This document shows, one piece after another, positions 1 through 8,586 of a DNA stretch of 32,177 nucleotides. Both the position numbers and the translations under genes were made by a program. The stretch's first letter is position 1, and each line of letters begins with the position of its first letter. Source of the stretch: a virus (Duplodnaviria > Caudoviricetes); the IMG/VR virus record IMGVR_UViG_3300049139_000086, positions 1 through 32,177 of that record. One strand, written 5' to 3'. Under the pieces are notes generated by a model. The model was given only the letters and a program-made list of their open reading frames with translations, made no database searches and was not told where the DNA came from.

Positions 1-54
1 GTGGGCGACAAGCTTCTTACCGAGCGATGTGGCGAGGGCGAGCTTACTCGTCAT
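1..54 (-). CDS. 5' end of a gene running off the window (MTSKLALATSLGKKLVAH...), position suggests the lysis module
   Basis: ATG at 54-52 overlaps the end of the upstream ORF and is preceded by GGAGAGG; the frame is open to the window edge. Function is guessed from position only. Confidence 0.45.
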   Translation of the reverse strand, partial: MTSKLALATSLGKKLVAH

Positions 55-148
55 CGTCGTCTACCTCTCCCTCGTCCCCCTCGGGGACATCCGCCTCAGG
101 CGGAAGCTCATCAGGGTATCCGGGATCAAACCAAAAGTCGGCTGACAT
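44..148 (-). CDS. 34-aa very acidic peptide (MSADFWFDPGYPDELPPEADVPEGDEGEVDDDDE)
   Basis: Translated by hand (below the ORF-track cutoff). AAGGAAAG SD lies before ATG 148, TAA is at 46-44, and it overlaps both neighbours. Confidence 0.55.
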   Translation of the reverse strand: MSADFWFDPGYPDELPPEADVPEGDEGEVDDDDE

Positions 149-602
149 CTATCTTTCCTTCGCTGCTGTAATGGCCGGCAGCCCTACCGGCTGCCTTCGG
201 CATGCTCGGCACCGCAGGGCCGAGAGGCATGAAATTAGGGACGTTCAAAGAGCGGACCCAACCTAGGACGCCTGCGAGCCCTGGCAGGCTCTCTACGGCC
301 TGCCCCTTGTGCGGGAACGGGGCATCCTCGGGGATGCCGCACACCAGGATTTGAATCCCCTCGGAGTTGACCCACATGCCGCGCCTATCGGCCGGCAACA
401 TCTGAATCACTTCGTCGGTTCGTGCGTCATAGACGATGTGGGGGCAACGGGCTTCGGCATTGGCGTAGCGAGCCGCGAGCGCGGCTGAGTACTCGTCGCC
501 CAGTCCGGAGGCGATCCATAGACTTCGCGGGGCATCCATTGCCAGTGAGCCGGCGTCTCTGTAGGCGCGTACCCTGCCCGCATCGGGCATCCAGGCAGGC
601 AA
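126..602 (-). CDS. Amidase_2/PGRP-like (endolysin-type) protein, apparently lacking Zn ligands
   Basis: GAGGAG SD precedes TTG 602. Motifs WMP.A, PR..W, PHIVYD..T.EVIQMLPADR, IQI.V, W.RS..VP..P.GP and GHY resemble actinophage N-acetylmuramoyl-L-alanine amidases. Confidence 0.6.
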   Translation of the reverse strand: MPAWMPDAGRVRAYRDAGSLAMDAPRSLWIASGLGDEYSAALAARYANAEARCPHIVYDARTDEVIQMLPADRRGMWVNSEGIQILVCGIPEDAPFPHKGQAVESLPGLAGVLGWVRSLNVPNFMPLGPAVPSMPKAAGRAAGHYSSEGKIDVSRLLV

Positions 603-814
603 CCGGTCTCCTCTGCTTGTGCGGTCAACTTGTCCACGGCCTTTTCCACCTTGGTCAGGCGATCGGCCAAAGAGCCGCCGCCATTCGGAACCAGATGAGA
701 TCTGACCTCGTCTTGCATGTACGCCTTGAGCCCGCGCATGATGGCGCGGTAAGCGAGCGTTCCTAATCCGATGATGAGAGCGGTCGCGACTGCGACAGTG
801 ATTTCAGTGACCAT
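407..814 (-). CDS. Membrane protein, single N-terminal TM helix plus PNGGGSLAD motif and coiled coil (lysis-region, holin-associated type)
   Basis: ATG 814 is in a TAATG overlap with the upstream stop. It has a hydrophobic ITVAVATALIIGLGTLAY segment and a PNGG.S..D motif typical of actinophage lysis-region membrane proteins. Confidence 0.65.
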   Translation of the reverse strand: MVTEITVAVATALIIGLGTLAYRAIMRGLKAYMQDEVRSHLVPNGGGSLADRLTKVEKAVDKLTAQAEETGCLPGCPMRAGYAPTETPAHWQWMPREVYGSPPDWATSTQPRSRLATPMPKPVAPTSSMTHEPTK

Positions 815-2709
815 TAGTTCAACGTCCGTAGCTCGACCGTCAGAATGCCGCCCCAAGACTCCCGCGGCTGCGGGGAAACCACCTGACGGAACTCAATCTG
901 CTCGATCGTGACGGGCTCTGATGTGTTGTTGGCAAGGTCCTCGAAGAGGACCACTTCGCCGGCAGAGTCGAGCTCTTCCATAGTCTGGAGACGCTCAAGC
1001 CCGAATCCCGGATAGCCACCATGCACACCGTTGATGTCCAACTCACTGTCATAGCAACGCAGCGGGATCACATAACGTCGCGGGCGCGGTCCGCCCGGCA
1101 GGCTCTTAACCTGATATCCGCGAAGGATCGGCGTCTTTGTAGCGTCGCCGGTAGGCGCCGAGAGCGTGAAACGAAGCTGGATGAATTCCTGCGGCGAGGT
1201 GGGCACATTGATGGGTAGGTCTTCGTCCTGCTGGGCATTGCTGGACACTGACGCTAGAAGCGTCGTCGTACCCGTGTCATCCACAGACGAGACGGCAACA
1301 GGCCCGTCAAGGTCGGCCTTGATGCGGAACCGCTTGAACAACTTAGGCCAGAGCGTGTTATGCCGAATGCGACCGGTCGTGAACCAACCGCTCGTTTCAT
1401 AGTCCGTCGTGGATTCCACGTAAAGCCCTTGGCCGGCCACGGCCAACACAAGGCGCTCCTGGCGCCCGAACGTCGTCACGCTCGCAACGTCGCCCGTTGT
1501 ATGGGTCATCGCGTCTTTGGCGTACGGGTAGCGTCCGCTCCCGAGCAGTTCCGCGAGGTCGATGCGCAAAGCGCCGGAGGAGTCGTCACTGAATCCACCG
1601 GTGAAACCGGCGAAGACGAAATGGTCACGAGCCACGAAGTCCATGACAGGGTTAGGAGTGGCGATCAGCGGCCCATACTCGACATCTCCGCCCGCGCCGA
1701 TCACCGCGACACGGCAACCCTTGTTAGTGCCGATGAGCAAGAACTTTCCTACATACGTGTAGAGCGCGGTCCCGAGCTCTCCTCTGGGCAGCTCCGCCGC
1801 GGACGTGGCGAGCGTCAACGTAGGCAGCCCGCCAGTGGAAGCATTGAGCGTCATTTTCAGGATCAGCGACTCTGTCCCGTGATAGCCGATCGCATAGATA
1901 GCTTCCGGCCCATCAGAGATGCCGGTCCACACGAACGACGAAACAGGATGCGTGTAGATCGGGGTAGCCGGCAGCGCCAGAGGCGGACTGCCAGTTTCAA
2001 CCAGCTCATAGATAGCGTCATCGATCGCCGCCACAATCCTGCCCTTACACCAGCGAACCAGGACGCGCGAGGCTGTGACCGTCCAGAGCTTGGCGCCGGT
2101 CGTCGTGCCGGTCAGAGAGCCCTTGTAGATCCCATCGGCAGCGCCGGCGTACCAGTTGGCGCCATCGGTGGTGATGCTAAGGATTGCCGACGAGCCACCC
2201 CAGGTGATCGCAGTAGCGCCCGACGAGGTCACGAAATACAGGTCGTCCCCATCGGCGTACAGCACGCCATCAGCGGACCCGACGACGCCCAGGGCGAGGA
2301 CGCTCGAACCGCCTCCGGCAACCTCATCCATCTTGTGAAGGAGCTTGAATTGCCCCTTCGTCCATGGGTCAACGCCCTCGGAATCCGCGTAGCGGAATTC
2401 TGACGTGTCATCAAGGCGGACATCAGAGTTGACGATGCCTGTACCGAGGTGCCAGCTCGACTGTGAGCGAAGCCACCAGCCGGAAAGGGTCTGTTCTCCG
2501 GGCTCTAGCCCGTTGTCGAACTGATCTTTGCGGAACTGGGCAGACGAGCGGATCAGCGGATTCTCGGGGCTTGCGTCACTTCTAAAAGGGACACCGCCGA
2601 TCGCATAATCATAGGTGTTGTGATAGTCCTGGAACGGGCTGGCTACCGACTCGACTCGATAGAGCGGTGTCGGTAGCGTGCCGGTGATGGCACTCTTCGG
2701 CCTTGGCAT
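814..2709 (-). CDS. Tail nozzle / tail tubular protein B-like (beta-rich, 631 aa)
   Basis: Long coupled ORF after the adaptor and fibre genes, beta-propeller-like composition, and an N-terminal GEQTLSGWWLRSQSSWHLGTG motif of actinobacterial podophage tail proteins. Confidence 0.65.
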   Translation of the reverse strand: MPRPKSAITGTLPTPLYRVESVASPFQDYHNTYDYAIGGVPFRSDASPENPLIRSSAQFRKDQFDNGLEPGEQTLSGWWLRSQSSWHLGTGIVNSDVRLDDTSEFRYADSEGVDPWTKGQFKLLHKMDEVAGGGSSVLALGVVGSADGVLYADGDDLYFVTSSGATAITWGGSSAILSITTDGANWYAGAADGIYKGSLTGTTTGAKLWTVTASRVLVRWCKGRIVAAIDDAIYELVETGSPPLALPATPIYTHPVSSFVWTGISDGPEAIYAIGYHGTESLILKMTLNASTGGLPTLTLATSAAELPRGELGTALYTYVGKFLLIGTNKGCRVAVIGAGGDVEYGPLIATPNPVMDFVARDHFVFAGFTGGFSDDSSGALRIDLAELLGSGRYPYAKDAMTHTTGDVASVTTFGRQERLVLAVAGQGLYVESTTDYETSGWFTTGRIRHNTLWPKLFKRFRIKADLDGPVAVSSVDDTGTTTLLASVSSNAQQDEDLPINVPTSPQEFIQLRFTLSAPTGDATKTPILRGYQVKSLPGGPRPRRYVIPLRCYDSELDINGVHGGYPGFGLERLQTMEELDSAGEVVLFEDLANNTSEPVTIEQIEFRQVVSPQPRESWGGILTVELRTLN

Positions 2710-3722
2710 TACGCCACCCGATGAATAGAAATGCTAGCGTACTCGACCTGAATGTCTACCGGCGCAGCCTCGTCAGTGCCCAACCGGACCTCAATCCATC
2801 GGCCAGCGGACACCGCCTGGAAATCCCCGCTAGCGCTGAGCCGCCTCTGTGAGCTGCTTGAAAACGCCAATGTATTGCCGTCCGTCGCAACAATGCCCGC
2901 GTCCTGATGAACAATGTTGATAAAGGGTCCATCTGTTTCGATATCAACTGACGCTTGAGCAGTAGCCGACACATGCCAGACTCCATTAGCGACGTCGGTC
3001 GGAAGGGTGATACGAGTGCTGCTACCGTTGACCGCCCAAGTAGTATTACCGCCGACGTTATAGTCTAGATCAGGGAGAGGGATTGGTGCCGCCCCAGCGT
3101 CGCCCGCCGAACTGATGGCGACAGGGGTAGGAGTATCCCGAGAGCGCTTATAGGCCAGGCCGGTAGTTCCCCCGCCACTCCCACCGCCCTCGATCTCGCC
3201 GCCATTAGCGGCATTAGAGTGATCGTGAGTCGCATTGATAAAACTAGCGATCGTTGGGGTTACCAGGATTGGACTCTGCAAAGTGAGCCCGGTACCGAGC
3301 GTCACAGAGTTGAGTGTCCCGCCATTGATCGTAGGCGCGGTGAGAGTCTTGTTCGCCATTGTCTGCGTGTCGGTCGTACCGACAACGCTGGACGAGGAAG
3401 CGAGCCCATGCACGCCCGTCGAGTCGGCGATGTGGTCCTGAATGTCACGCAGGTCACGAGCCGAATAGCCATGCACAACGACCGCGCCCGAATCGTGGCT
3501 AGACGCTGCCGTACCGTCAACGCCTCGCGTGATAGTCCACGTGGTACCCACAACCGCGGTAACCTCGCACACCTCTTCAGTCGCAAGGCCAGGATCAATA
3601 AGAATCGTGTAAGGGACGGACGGATAGCCGGTGTTGGAGCCCACAGCGATAGACGTTTCAGAGCTATTGATGCCCGTCGAGAGCGCAGTCTCTTCAGCCA
3701 CATTCGAGTAATTACGTGCCAT
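2709..3722 (-). CDS. Tail fibre / receptor-binding protein
   Basis: N-terminal anchor (TITRGVDGTAASSH.SGA.V.H), a fibre motif (VVGTTDTQTMANKTLTAPTIN), a Gly linker and a beta-rich C-terminal head. Confidence 0.75.
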   Translation of the reverse strand: MARNYSNVAEETALSTGINSSETSIAVGSNTGYPSVPYTILIDPGLATEEVCEVTAVVGTTWTITRGVDGTAASSHDSGAVVVHGYSARDLRDIQDHIADSTGVHGLASSSSVVGTTDTQTMANKTLTAPTINGGTLNSVTLGTGLTLQSPILVTPTIASFINATHDHSNAANGGEIEGGGSGGGTTGLAYKRSRDTPTPVAISSAGDAGAAPIPLPDLDYNVGGNTTWAVNGSSTRITLPTDVANGVWHVSATAQASVDIETDGPFINIVHQDAGIVATDGNTLAFSSSSQRRLSASGDFQAVSAGRWIEVRLGTDEAAPVDIQVEYASISIHRVA

Positions 3723-4618
3723 CAGATATACCTAAAGTGGGTAGACGTAGGGTTGGCCCTGATCAGTCGCTCACGCTCACTCTGCAACGAGATCTGATAG
3801 AGCTGAAGGAAATGCCTGGAGGCATGCTGCGAAGCACCGGGCGGCACCTGCGTGGCGCGTAGTTGCTGCTCGATCGAGGAAATTTGCAGGCGAGGCATTT
3901 CGACCAGGCCGGCGAGGCGGAAACATGCGCTGTAGACGATGCAGTCTTCCGACGATGCGGCAAGCCCTGTCGCGGCAGCGAACTCAGTAGCCGAGTCCTC
4001 GAACACCGAAGGAGGCTTCATATACATGACGCGGATCGTCTGCCCAGGAATGGGCTCCTGGTAAATGTCGATACTCTTGCCCGTGTCGAACGATTCAGGA
4101 TCGGCATGCGGGTTGTACTGCCACCGCTGAAGCGTCGCCCACCGCTGGCTCGGGCCAATGGTCCTAGTGGTCACACTGTGGACAAGGTCGGTATCGGCCG
4201 GCAGCTCGTACGTGGTACGAGCAGCGACCGCAGGGAACTCGACGGACGTGGACACATACAAGTCCGGGTAGACGCCACGGATGGCGTCATTGATGGACTG
4301 GTGGATCTGCCGCTTGGGGAACTTCGGCGAGTTGAGAATGCAAGAGTTCTCGCCATGGGCGACCGCGGTTGTGCCCTGGTAGCCGCGCCCGAAAGGCGCG
4401 ATGGTCACATCACCAGTGGAATTGTCCACGCGGGAAACCCATAGAAGCTCGTCCTCGATCTCACACATGCCAGCACTGATGAATTTAGGGTCGTTCACCC
4501 GAAAGGTAAGCGCGTCATCGGTGATGGCGGAAACGGTCCAAGTCTTTTCCTCCTGATCACGGCTGAAGCCCTGAAGATAGGAGATGACTCGATCGGTCAA
4601 CTGAGAGAGCGTGCTCAT
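3722..4618 (-). CDS. Head-tail adaptor / tail tubular protein A-like (298 aa)
   Basis: The real start is ATG 4618 (ATGA overlap). Motifs EIEDELLWV, PFGRGY.GTTA, INDAI..YP and RTTYELPAD, and the position between capsid and nozzle, support this. Confidence 0.6.
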   Translation of the reverse strand: MSTLSQLTDRVISYLQGFSRDQEEKTWTVSAITDDALTFRVNDPKFISAGMCEIEDELLWVSRVDNSTGDVTIAPFGRGYQGTTAVAHGENSCILNSPKFPKRQIHQSINDAIRGVYPDLYVSTSVEFPAVAARTTYELPADTDLVHSVTTRTIGPSQRWATLQRWQYNPHADPESFDTGKSIDIYQEPIPGQTIRVMYMKPPSVFEDSATEFAAATGLAASSEDCIVYSACFRLAGLVEMPRLQISSIEQQLRATQVPPGASQHASRHFLQLYQISLQSERERLIRANPTSTHFRYI

Positions 4619-4854
4619 GCGATCGCCGCCAGCGCGCCAGGCGCGTCGAGACCATCTGTGCCGGCGAGTGCGTTGCAGACGCCTGCTAGGTCCTGGTCGT
4701 GTGGCCACTCATCGAGATCAGCCAGAGCCTTAGCGTTGAGAGCGCCAACGACGTCCAGGCCGTCAGTGCCGGCCCACGCGTTAGCTGCTCCGGCTTCGCC
4801 CAGGCCGTCAGTGCCGGCCAAGCGATTCAGCTCGCCTTGCAGGTCAAGCGCCAT
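4615..4854 (-). CDS. Small virion-region protein with three AGTDGL repeats
   Basis: ATG 4854 overlaps the upstream gene; sequence contains ELNRLAG, GAANAWAGT.GL and CN.LAGT.GL. Confidence 0.7.
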   Translation of the reverse strand: MALDLQGELNRLAGTDGLGEAGAANAWAGTDGLDVVGALNAKALADLDEWPHDQDLAGVCNALAGTDGLDAPGALAAIA

Positions 4855-5101
4855 AGGGCGCCCCAACCTTGTCGCTCTGGTCTAGAGCGTGACGGATATC
4901 CCGAGTCTTGGTCGTGTCCGGCTTGATGCCCTGCTTACGTGCGGAGGCGTACAGGTCAAGCTCTGCGTTCCAGCGCTTGTCCGCACTGAAGTCGTTGCGC
5001 GGGTTCGTGGCCGATCGGCAATACCCGACCTTGATGCCGTGAGCGCGTCTGCACGCGCCCCACGACGGATGATCCTGCGTAGCGCAGGCAGAGATACACA
5101 T
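4844..5101 (-). CDS. Hypothetical protein, 85 aa, N-terminal Cys/His cluster (C-x3-C-x3-H-x5-C)
   Basis: The real start is ATG 5101 in a TAATG overlap; the upstream part of the ORF-track call overlaps the 453-aa gene. Contains KRWNAELDLYASARKQGIKP. Confidence 0.7.
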   Translation of the reverse strand: MCISACATQDHPSWGACRRAHGIKVGYCRSATNPRNDFSADKRWNAELDLYASARKQGIKPDTTKTRDIRHALDQSDKVGAPYGA

Positions 5102-6462
5102 TAGGTGATCAATTCCAGAGTGATGTATGAGCCGTAGCCGGCTGCGATCAATGCGTCTGCCTCGTCCACCGTCAGGACGTGGCGATGTCCGCCCATGTAG
5201 ACCGCTCGTGCCGTCTCGATCTCGGTCTGTGCGGGATAGCGCACGGCCGACCAGACGCCGGAGGCGTCCTGCATGATCGTGATGCCTCGATGGATGCCAA
5301 ACCGGATGTTGAGTCGGTCCCACGCGGCCGGCGTTTCCTGAATCGAGGGGTTGACGAGCACCAGGTGAGACAGGTTCCGGATCGTCGGGTCTTCTACCAG
5401 CTCGGCAGGCTCGATCCCAAAGGGCTCGATCGTCTGCGGATAGCCAAGCTGAAGACCTGGCGTGCCCCACGCCTCGCGCGTGGCGATGCCTGGGATAGAT
5501 AGGAACTGCTCAAGGCCGAGATTGGTAGTGCCCCACGCTTCCGCGGACGGGATGCCGGTCGGGCCGATGAGAGCCGCCAGGCGCACGGCGCCGAACGCCT
5601 CGGCGCTGGCTATGCCGGAGGGCGACAGATAGAGCCTGGTGGTCAGCGTGCCGAAGGTCTCGCCGGAGGCGATCCCCGTGCCGGTGATGGTCTGCGGGAA
5701 AGGCGTAGAAGCGACAAGGCTGCCGAACGCCTCGCCGGAGGCGATGCCCTGACCGATGATCGTGAAGTTCAGCTTCGCCGTGCCGAAGGCTTCGCCGCTG
5801 GCTATGCCGCTAGGTGTGATTCCCTGAGTGGTGCTGGTCGAAGGGACGCCGACCGTATAGCCGATCCGGTCCACGGCGGCGCCGGATGCGGTGAAGTTGA
5901 GGCTTGTCGTAGCGCTAGCAGACGCCAGGGTCCTAGTGGCGCTTGTGGCAGTCGGGAAGCCGGCCTGGTTGACGTCAGTCCGCTCCGTAAGGCCGCCCGG
6001 AGGGGTCCACGTATGGGGAGTGCCCTCGCCCGTGCACAGGACCATCCGGATTTCAAGCGCGGTCGCATCAGGCGGCGTTATCCCAGGCGTTGGGCCGGTA
6101 GTGCCGTTACCTGCCGTGGTCGTCTTCGCCCAGACAGGGGCGCCTGTCCCTGCATCATTTGACGTGATGATTTGAGCGACCGCATAAGCGGAGCTCGCGG
6201 CGTTGTAGGAAACGGAGTAGGTCGCCGGTTCAGAGGCTCCCGCAATTTTCCAGAAAAGACGATAGCCCATCTGACCCAGAAGCCCGACGTCAAGCGAATT
6301 CCAGGTCGAGCCGCCCGTGATTCCAATACCCGAGCCGTTGTTCCCGGAGTCGTTTGCAACAGTAGCGACCATATAGGTGCCGGCAACGGTGCCCGTAGGC
6401 CGCGCTATATTGAAGGGGCTTGTTGTGCTCCCGATTGACGAGTTAGCGCTATAAGTGGCCAT
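5101..6462 (-). CDS. Fibre-like structural protein: N-terminal beta domain, GIASGEAFG repeats, C-terminal ~80-aa domain
   Basis: 453 aa, rich in T/G/A/S, with seven imperfect repeats, located just downstream of the capsid gene. Confidence 0.7.
   Translation of the reverse strand: MATYSANSSIGSTTSPFNIARPTGTVAGTYMVATVANDSGNNGSGIGITGGSTWNSLDVGLLGQMGYRLFWKIAGASEPATYSVSYNAASSAYAVAQIITSNDAGTGAPVWAKTTTAGNGTTGPTPGITPPDATALEIRMVLCTGEGTPHTWTPPGGLTERTDVNQAGFPTATSATRTLASASATTSLNFTASGAAVDRIGYTVGVPSTSTTQGITPSGIASGEAFGTAKLNFTIIGQGIASGEAFGSLVASTPFPQTITGTGIASGETFGTLTTRLYLSPSGIASAEAFGAVRLAALIGPTGIPSAEAWGTTNLGLEQFLSIPGIATREAWGTPGLQLGYPQTIEPFGIEPAELVEDPTIRNLSHLVLVNPSIQETPAAWDRLNIRFGIHRGITIMQDASGVWSAVRYPAQTEIETARAVYMGGHRHVLTVDEADALIAAGYGSYITLELIT
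5401..5826 (-). repeat. Seven imperfect ~20-22 aa coding repeats, consensus (I/L)xPxGI(A/P)S(G/A)EA(F/W)G
   Basis: GIASGEAFG twice, then GIASGETFG, GIASAEAFG, GIPSAEAWG, GIATREAWG and GIEPAE in the translation. Confidence 0.85.
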
Positions 6463-6468
6463 TGAAGG

Positions 6469-6882
6469 TTACAGTTTGAAAATCTTGTTCGCGCCCGAAT
6501 CCCAGGCCACGGTGACGTCGCCGCCATTTGGGGTCAGAGGCAGACCGGTCGCAGTATCGATAAGGCCGATAAGCGGAGACGTGGCAGTATTACCCGTGTC
6601 CTTGGCAATGATCAGGTGTTGGCACGCGGCGCCAGCGGGGACCGTGCTGAAAGTGATGTCGGCTGCGTCTGCGACGCCCGCCGTTGAAGTCTTCGAGGAA
6701 AGGTTAGCCGACGTGGCGACGATAGTGCCGCCTCCACCACCGGTGATGTCAGCGACGAATTCATGGGTGGCGGCATTCGCGGTGTAGCCGCGGACAAGGT
6801 AAACCTTGATGTCGTCCGCTGCCCAGTCAATGTCCGCGTTCAGGAACTTCTCGCGGCCTTCGTCGTACAGAGTGTTAGCCAT
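6469..6882 (-). CDS. Conserved phage structural protein (137 aa), fibre-associated type
   Basis: Pattern MAN.LY..GRE.FL...IDW..D.IK, GV.DAAD.TF, SPLI..ID, GLP.TPNGGD..V.WD.GANKIFKL, recognised as a widespread phage family usually next to fibre genes. Confidence 0.8.
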   Translation of the reverse strand: MANTLYDEGREKFLNADIDWAADDIKVYLVRGYTANAATHEFVADITGGGGGTIVATSANLSSKTSTAGVADAADITFSTVPAGAACQHLIIAKDTGNTATSPLIGLIDTATGLPLTPNGGDVTVAWDSGANKIFKL

Positions 6883-6893
6883 GTATATACACC

Positions 6894-6952
6894 AAAGGCC
6901 GTCCGGCCCAACCCCTTCAAAACGTAGAAGGGGCGGAGCGCAGACGGCCTTT
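6894..6952. terminator. Terminator-like long hairpin between the capsid gene and the 137-aa gene
   Basis: AAAGGCCGTC/GACGGCCTTT 10-bp inverted repeat enclosing CCCCTTC/GAAGGGG. Confidence 0.45.
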
Positions 6953-6976
6953 CAGGGTCGTAGGGTATAGAGAGAT

Positions 6977-6998
6977 AGGGCCTGGTTGCCCAGGCCCT
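6977..6998 (-). terminator. Hairpin just after the major capsid stop codon
   Basis: On the minus strand, AGGGCCUGG-GCAA-CCAGGCCCU: 9-bp stem, GNRA loop, weak U-tail. Confidence 0.6.
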
Positions 6999-7008
6999 TA
7001 GAATCGCG

Positions 7009-7977
7009 TTAGCTGATGGACGACTGAGACTCGCCACGGATCAGCGCAGCCTCGCGGAAACGAGACCAGCCGAGGACGCCATAGAAACCGATCGGCCTCA
7101 TTCGCATAAGCTTGTCGGTGATGTTACCGATAACGGTGTGCGGCTCTTCCGCGACAGCTTCGGCAAGCGCCTCGCGACCATAGAAGAGTGCACGGTAAAC
7201 CGTGCCGCTAGAAGCGCCATCATTCGCAGTGTGAATACGAGGCGACTCGGTGTACATACACCCCTCGTAGACCCCAATATTGCCCTGCCAAATGCTGTCC
7301 GGAGCGCTGTAGTTGTGCGGGTCACGCCACGCAGCGCCACCGGTCTCCTTGCGGAGATCGTGACTCTGATCAGGGTGAAGCATGCACGCGTACAGATCGC
7401 CATGACGAGGAATAACCTTGCCACCACGGAGCTTCGCAACGGCGAAACGAGCCATAGCCGAAGAGAACGTGTCGGTCGCAGCGATAGCGCCAACGGTGCC
7501 GGCATTGGAGCCGGCCAGCATGTTCGACTTCAGGACGCCCGCATTGATGCGGACCTGGTTAGTGCCACCGACAAGAACCGGCTTGACGATCTCGTCCAGC
7601 GAGTCGCGCATGTTGTAGGCGAGGATGTTACCGATACCGGAATCCACGTCCGACAGCGAGAAAAGCTGAAGCTTCCTAGTCTTGAGAACAACGTTGCCGT
7701 ACTCGCGGAGAGTAATGGTCACGCTGGACGTAGACGGGACGCCGACAGCGTCCGGATCGACCGTCTCATCGAGTTCTGCGGTAACCGGCGAAAGGTCGTT
7801 GTAGAACTGCATCACAACAGACGCACCGGGCATAGACTGCTGGACAGGAGAGCTGTCCGCAATCATTCGGAACATCGGCGTAGACCGGAGTGCGAAACGC
7901 ACGTAGCGGTCATACGCGGTCTGGATCAGACTGGTACCAAGAGAATCGGCAGCAGTCGAAGTATAAACGTTAGCCAT
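7009..7977 (-). CDS. Major capsid protein (HK97 fold, N4-gp56-like family)
   Basis: 322 aa directly after the scaffold gene. Motifs: AYDRYVRFALRSTP.FR, VTITLREYGN, YACMLHPDQSHDLR, G.IG.YEG..Y.ESPR, DKLMR.RP.GFYG.LGW.RFRE.AL. Confidence 0.9.
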   Translation of the reverse strand: MANVYTSTAADSLGTSLIQTAYDRYVRFALRSTPMFRMIADSSPVQQSMPGASVVMQFYNDLSPVTAELDETVDPDAVGVPSTSSVTITLREYGNVVLKTRKLQLFSLSDVDSGIGNILAYNMRDSLDEIVKPVLVGGTNQVRINAGVLKSNMLAGSNAGTVGAIAATDTFSSAMARFAVAKLRGGKVIPRHGDLYACMLHPDQSHDLRKETGGAAWRDPHNYSAPDSIWQGNIGVYEGCMYTESPRIHTANDGASSGTVYRALFYGREALAEAVAEEPHTVIGNITDKLMRMRPIGFYGVLGWSRFREAALIRGESQSSIS

Positions 7978-8017
7978 AGTTACGGCGGAGCCCTAACTCC
8001 GCTGGGAATCATCGCAG

Positions 8018-8554
8018 TCAGCCCGCCTTGAGGAGGGCCGTAAACTGCTCTTCGGTCAATTCAGGATCGTTCAGCTTCGCCATCAGCTCGTCATGCCTGC
8101 CGCCGAACGGCTGGCCAGACGTTGCGGTGTTCTGCATGCGCTGGGCATTAGCAATCTCCTCGGGCGTGAGCCCGTTCGCCGTGGTGGCAGCGCTCTCAAT
8201 GGACGTCTGACCATTTGAATTCACAGCCTCACCCGTGCTTGCCTGCGTCGCAGGCGTAGACGAGGAAGGGGTGAACACGTCCGAATAGTCGGACAGCCAT
8301 GACTTGATTGCCTCGCCTGACGTGACGTCAGACGGAATAAGCTTGGCGACCTTTTCAGGTACGCCCATGGACTTCAGAACGTTAGTGACGTGGATTTCGC
8401 GGTTCTCCTTGCGGAGAACTTCAGCCTCATCCTTGGCCGCCTTGGCTTCCGCCTTAGCATCCTTGATCACCTTTCGGAGCTGCTTAGGCAGGCTCCTCGG
8501 GTCAATAGGCTGCTCGTCATCGTCGTCCTGGAAATCCCAGTCGTACTCAACCAC
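8018..8554 (-). CDS. Capsid scaffolding protein
   Basis: GGGAG SD plus GTG; acidic N-terminus, coiled coil (KQLRK...AKAEAKAAKDEAE), low-complexity middle and helical C-terminus; immediately upstream of the capsid gene. Confidence 0.8.
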   Translation of the reverse strand: MVEYDWDFQDDDDEQPIDPRSLPKQLRKVIKDAKAEAKAAKDEAEVLRKENREIHVTNVLKSMGVPEKVAKLIPSDVTSGEAIKSWLSDYSDVFTPSSSTPATQASTGEAVNSNGQTSIESAATTANGLTPEEIANAQRMQNTATSGQPFGGRHDELMAKLNDPELTEEQFTALLKAG

Positions 8555-8586
8555 TTGTTACTCCCATAATCGTTAACTATGAATTC

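Noticed and set aside
1360-2403. 347-aa plus-strand ORF (also 7138-8031, 15290-16111, 16715-17476, 21448-22689 and similar)
   Set aside because: Antisense shadows of well-supported minus-strand genes, expected from GC-rich codon bias; no SD or recognisable motifs.
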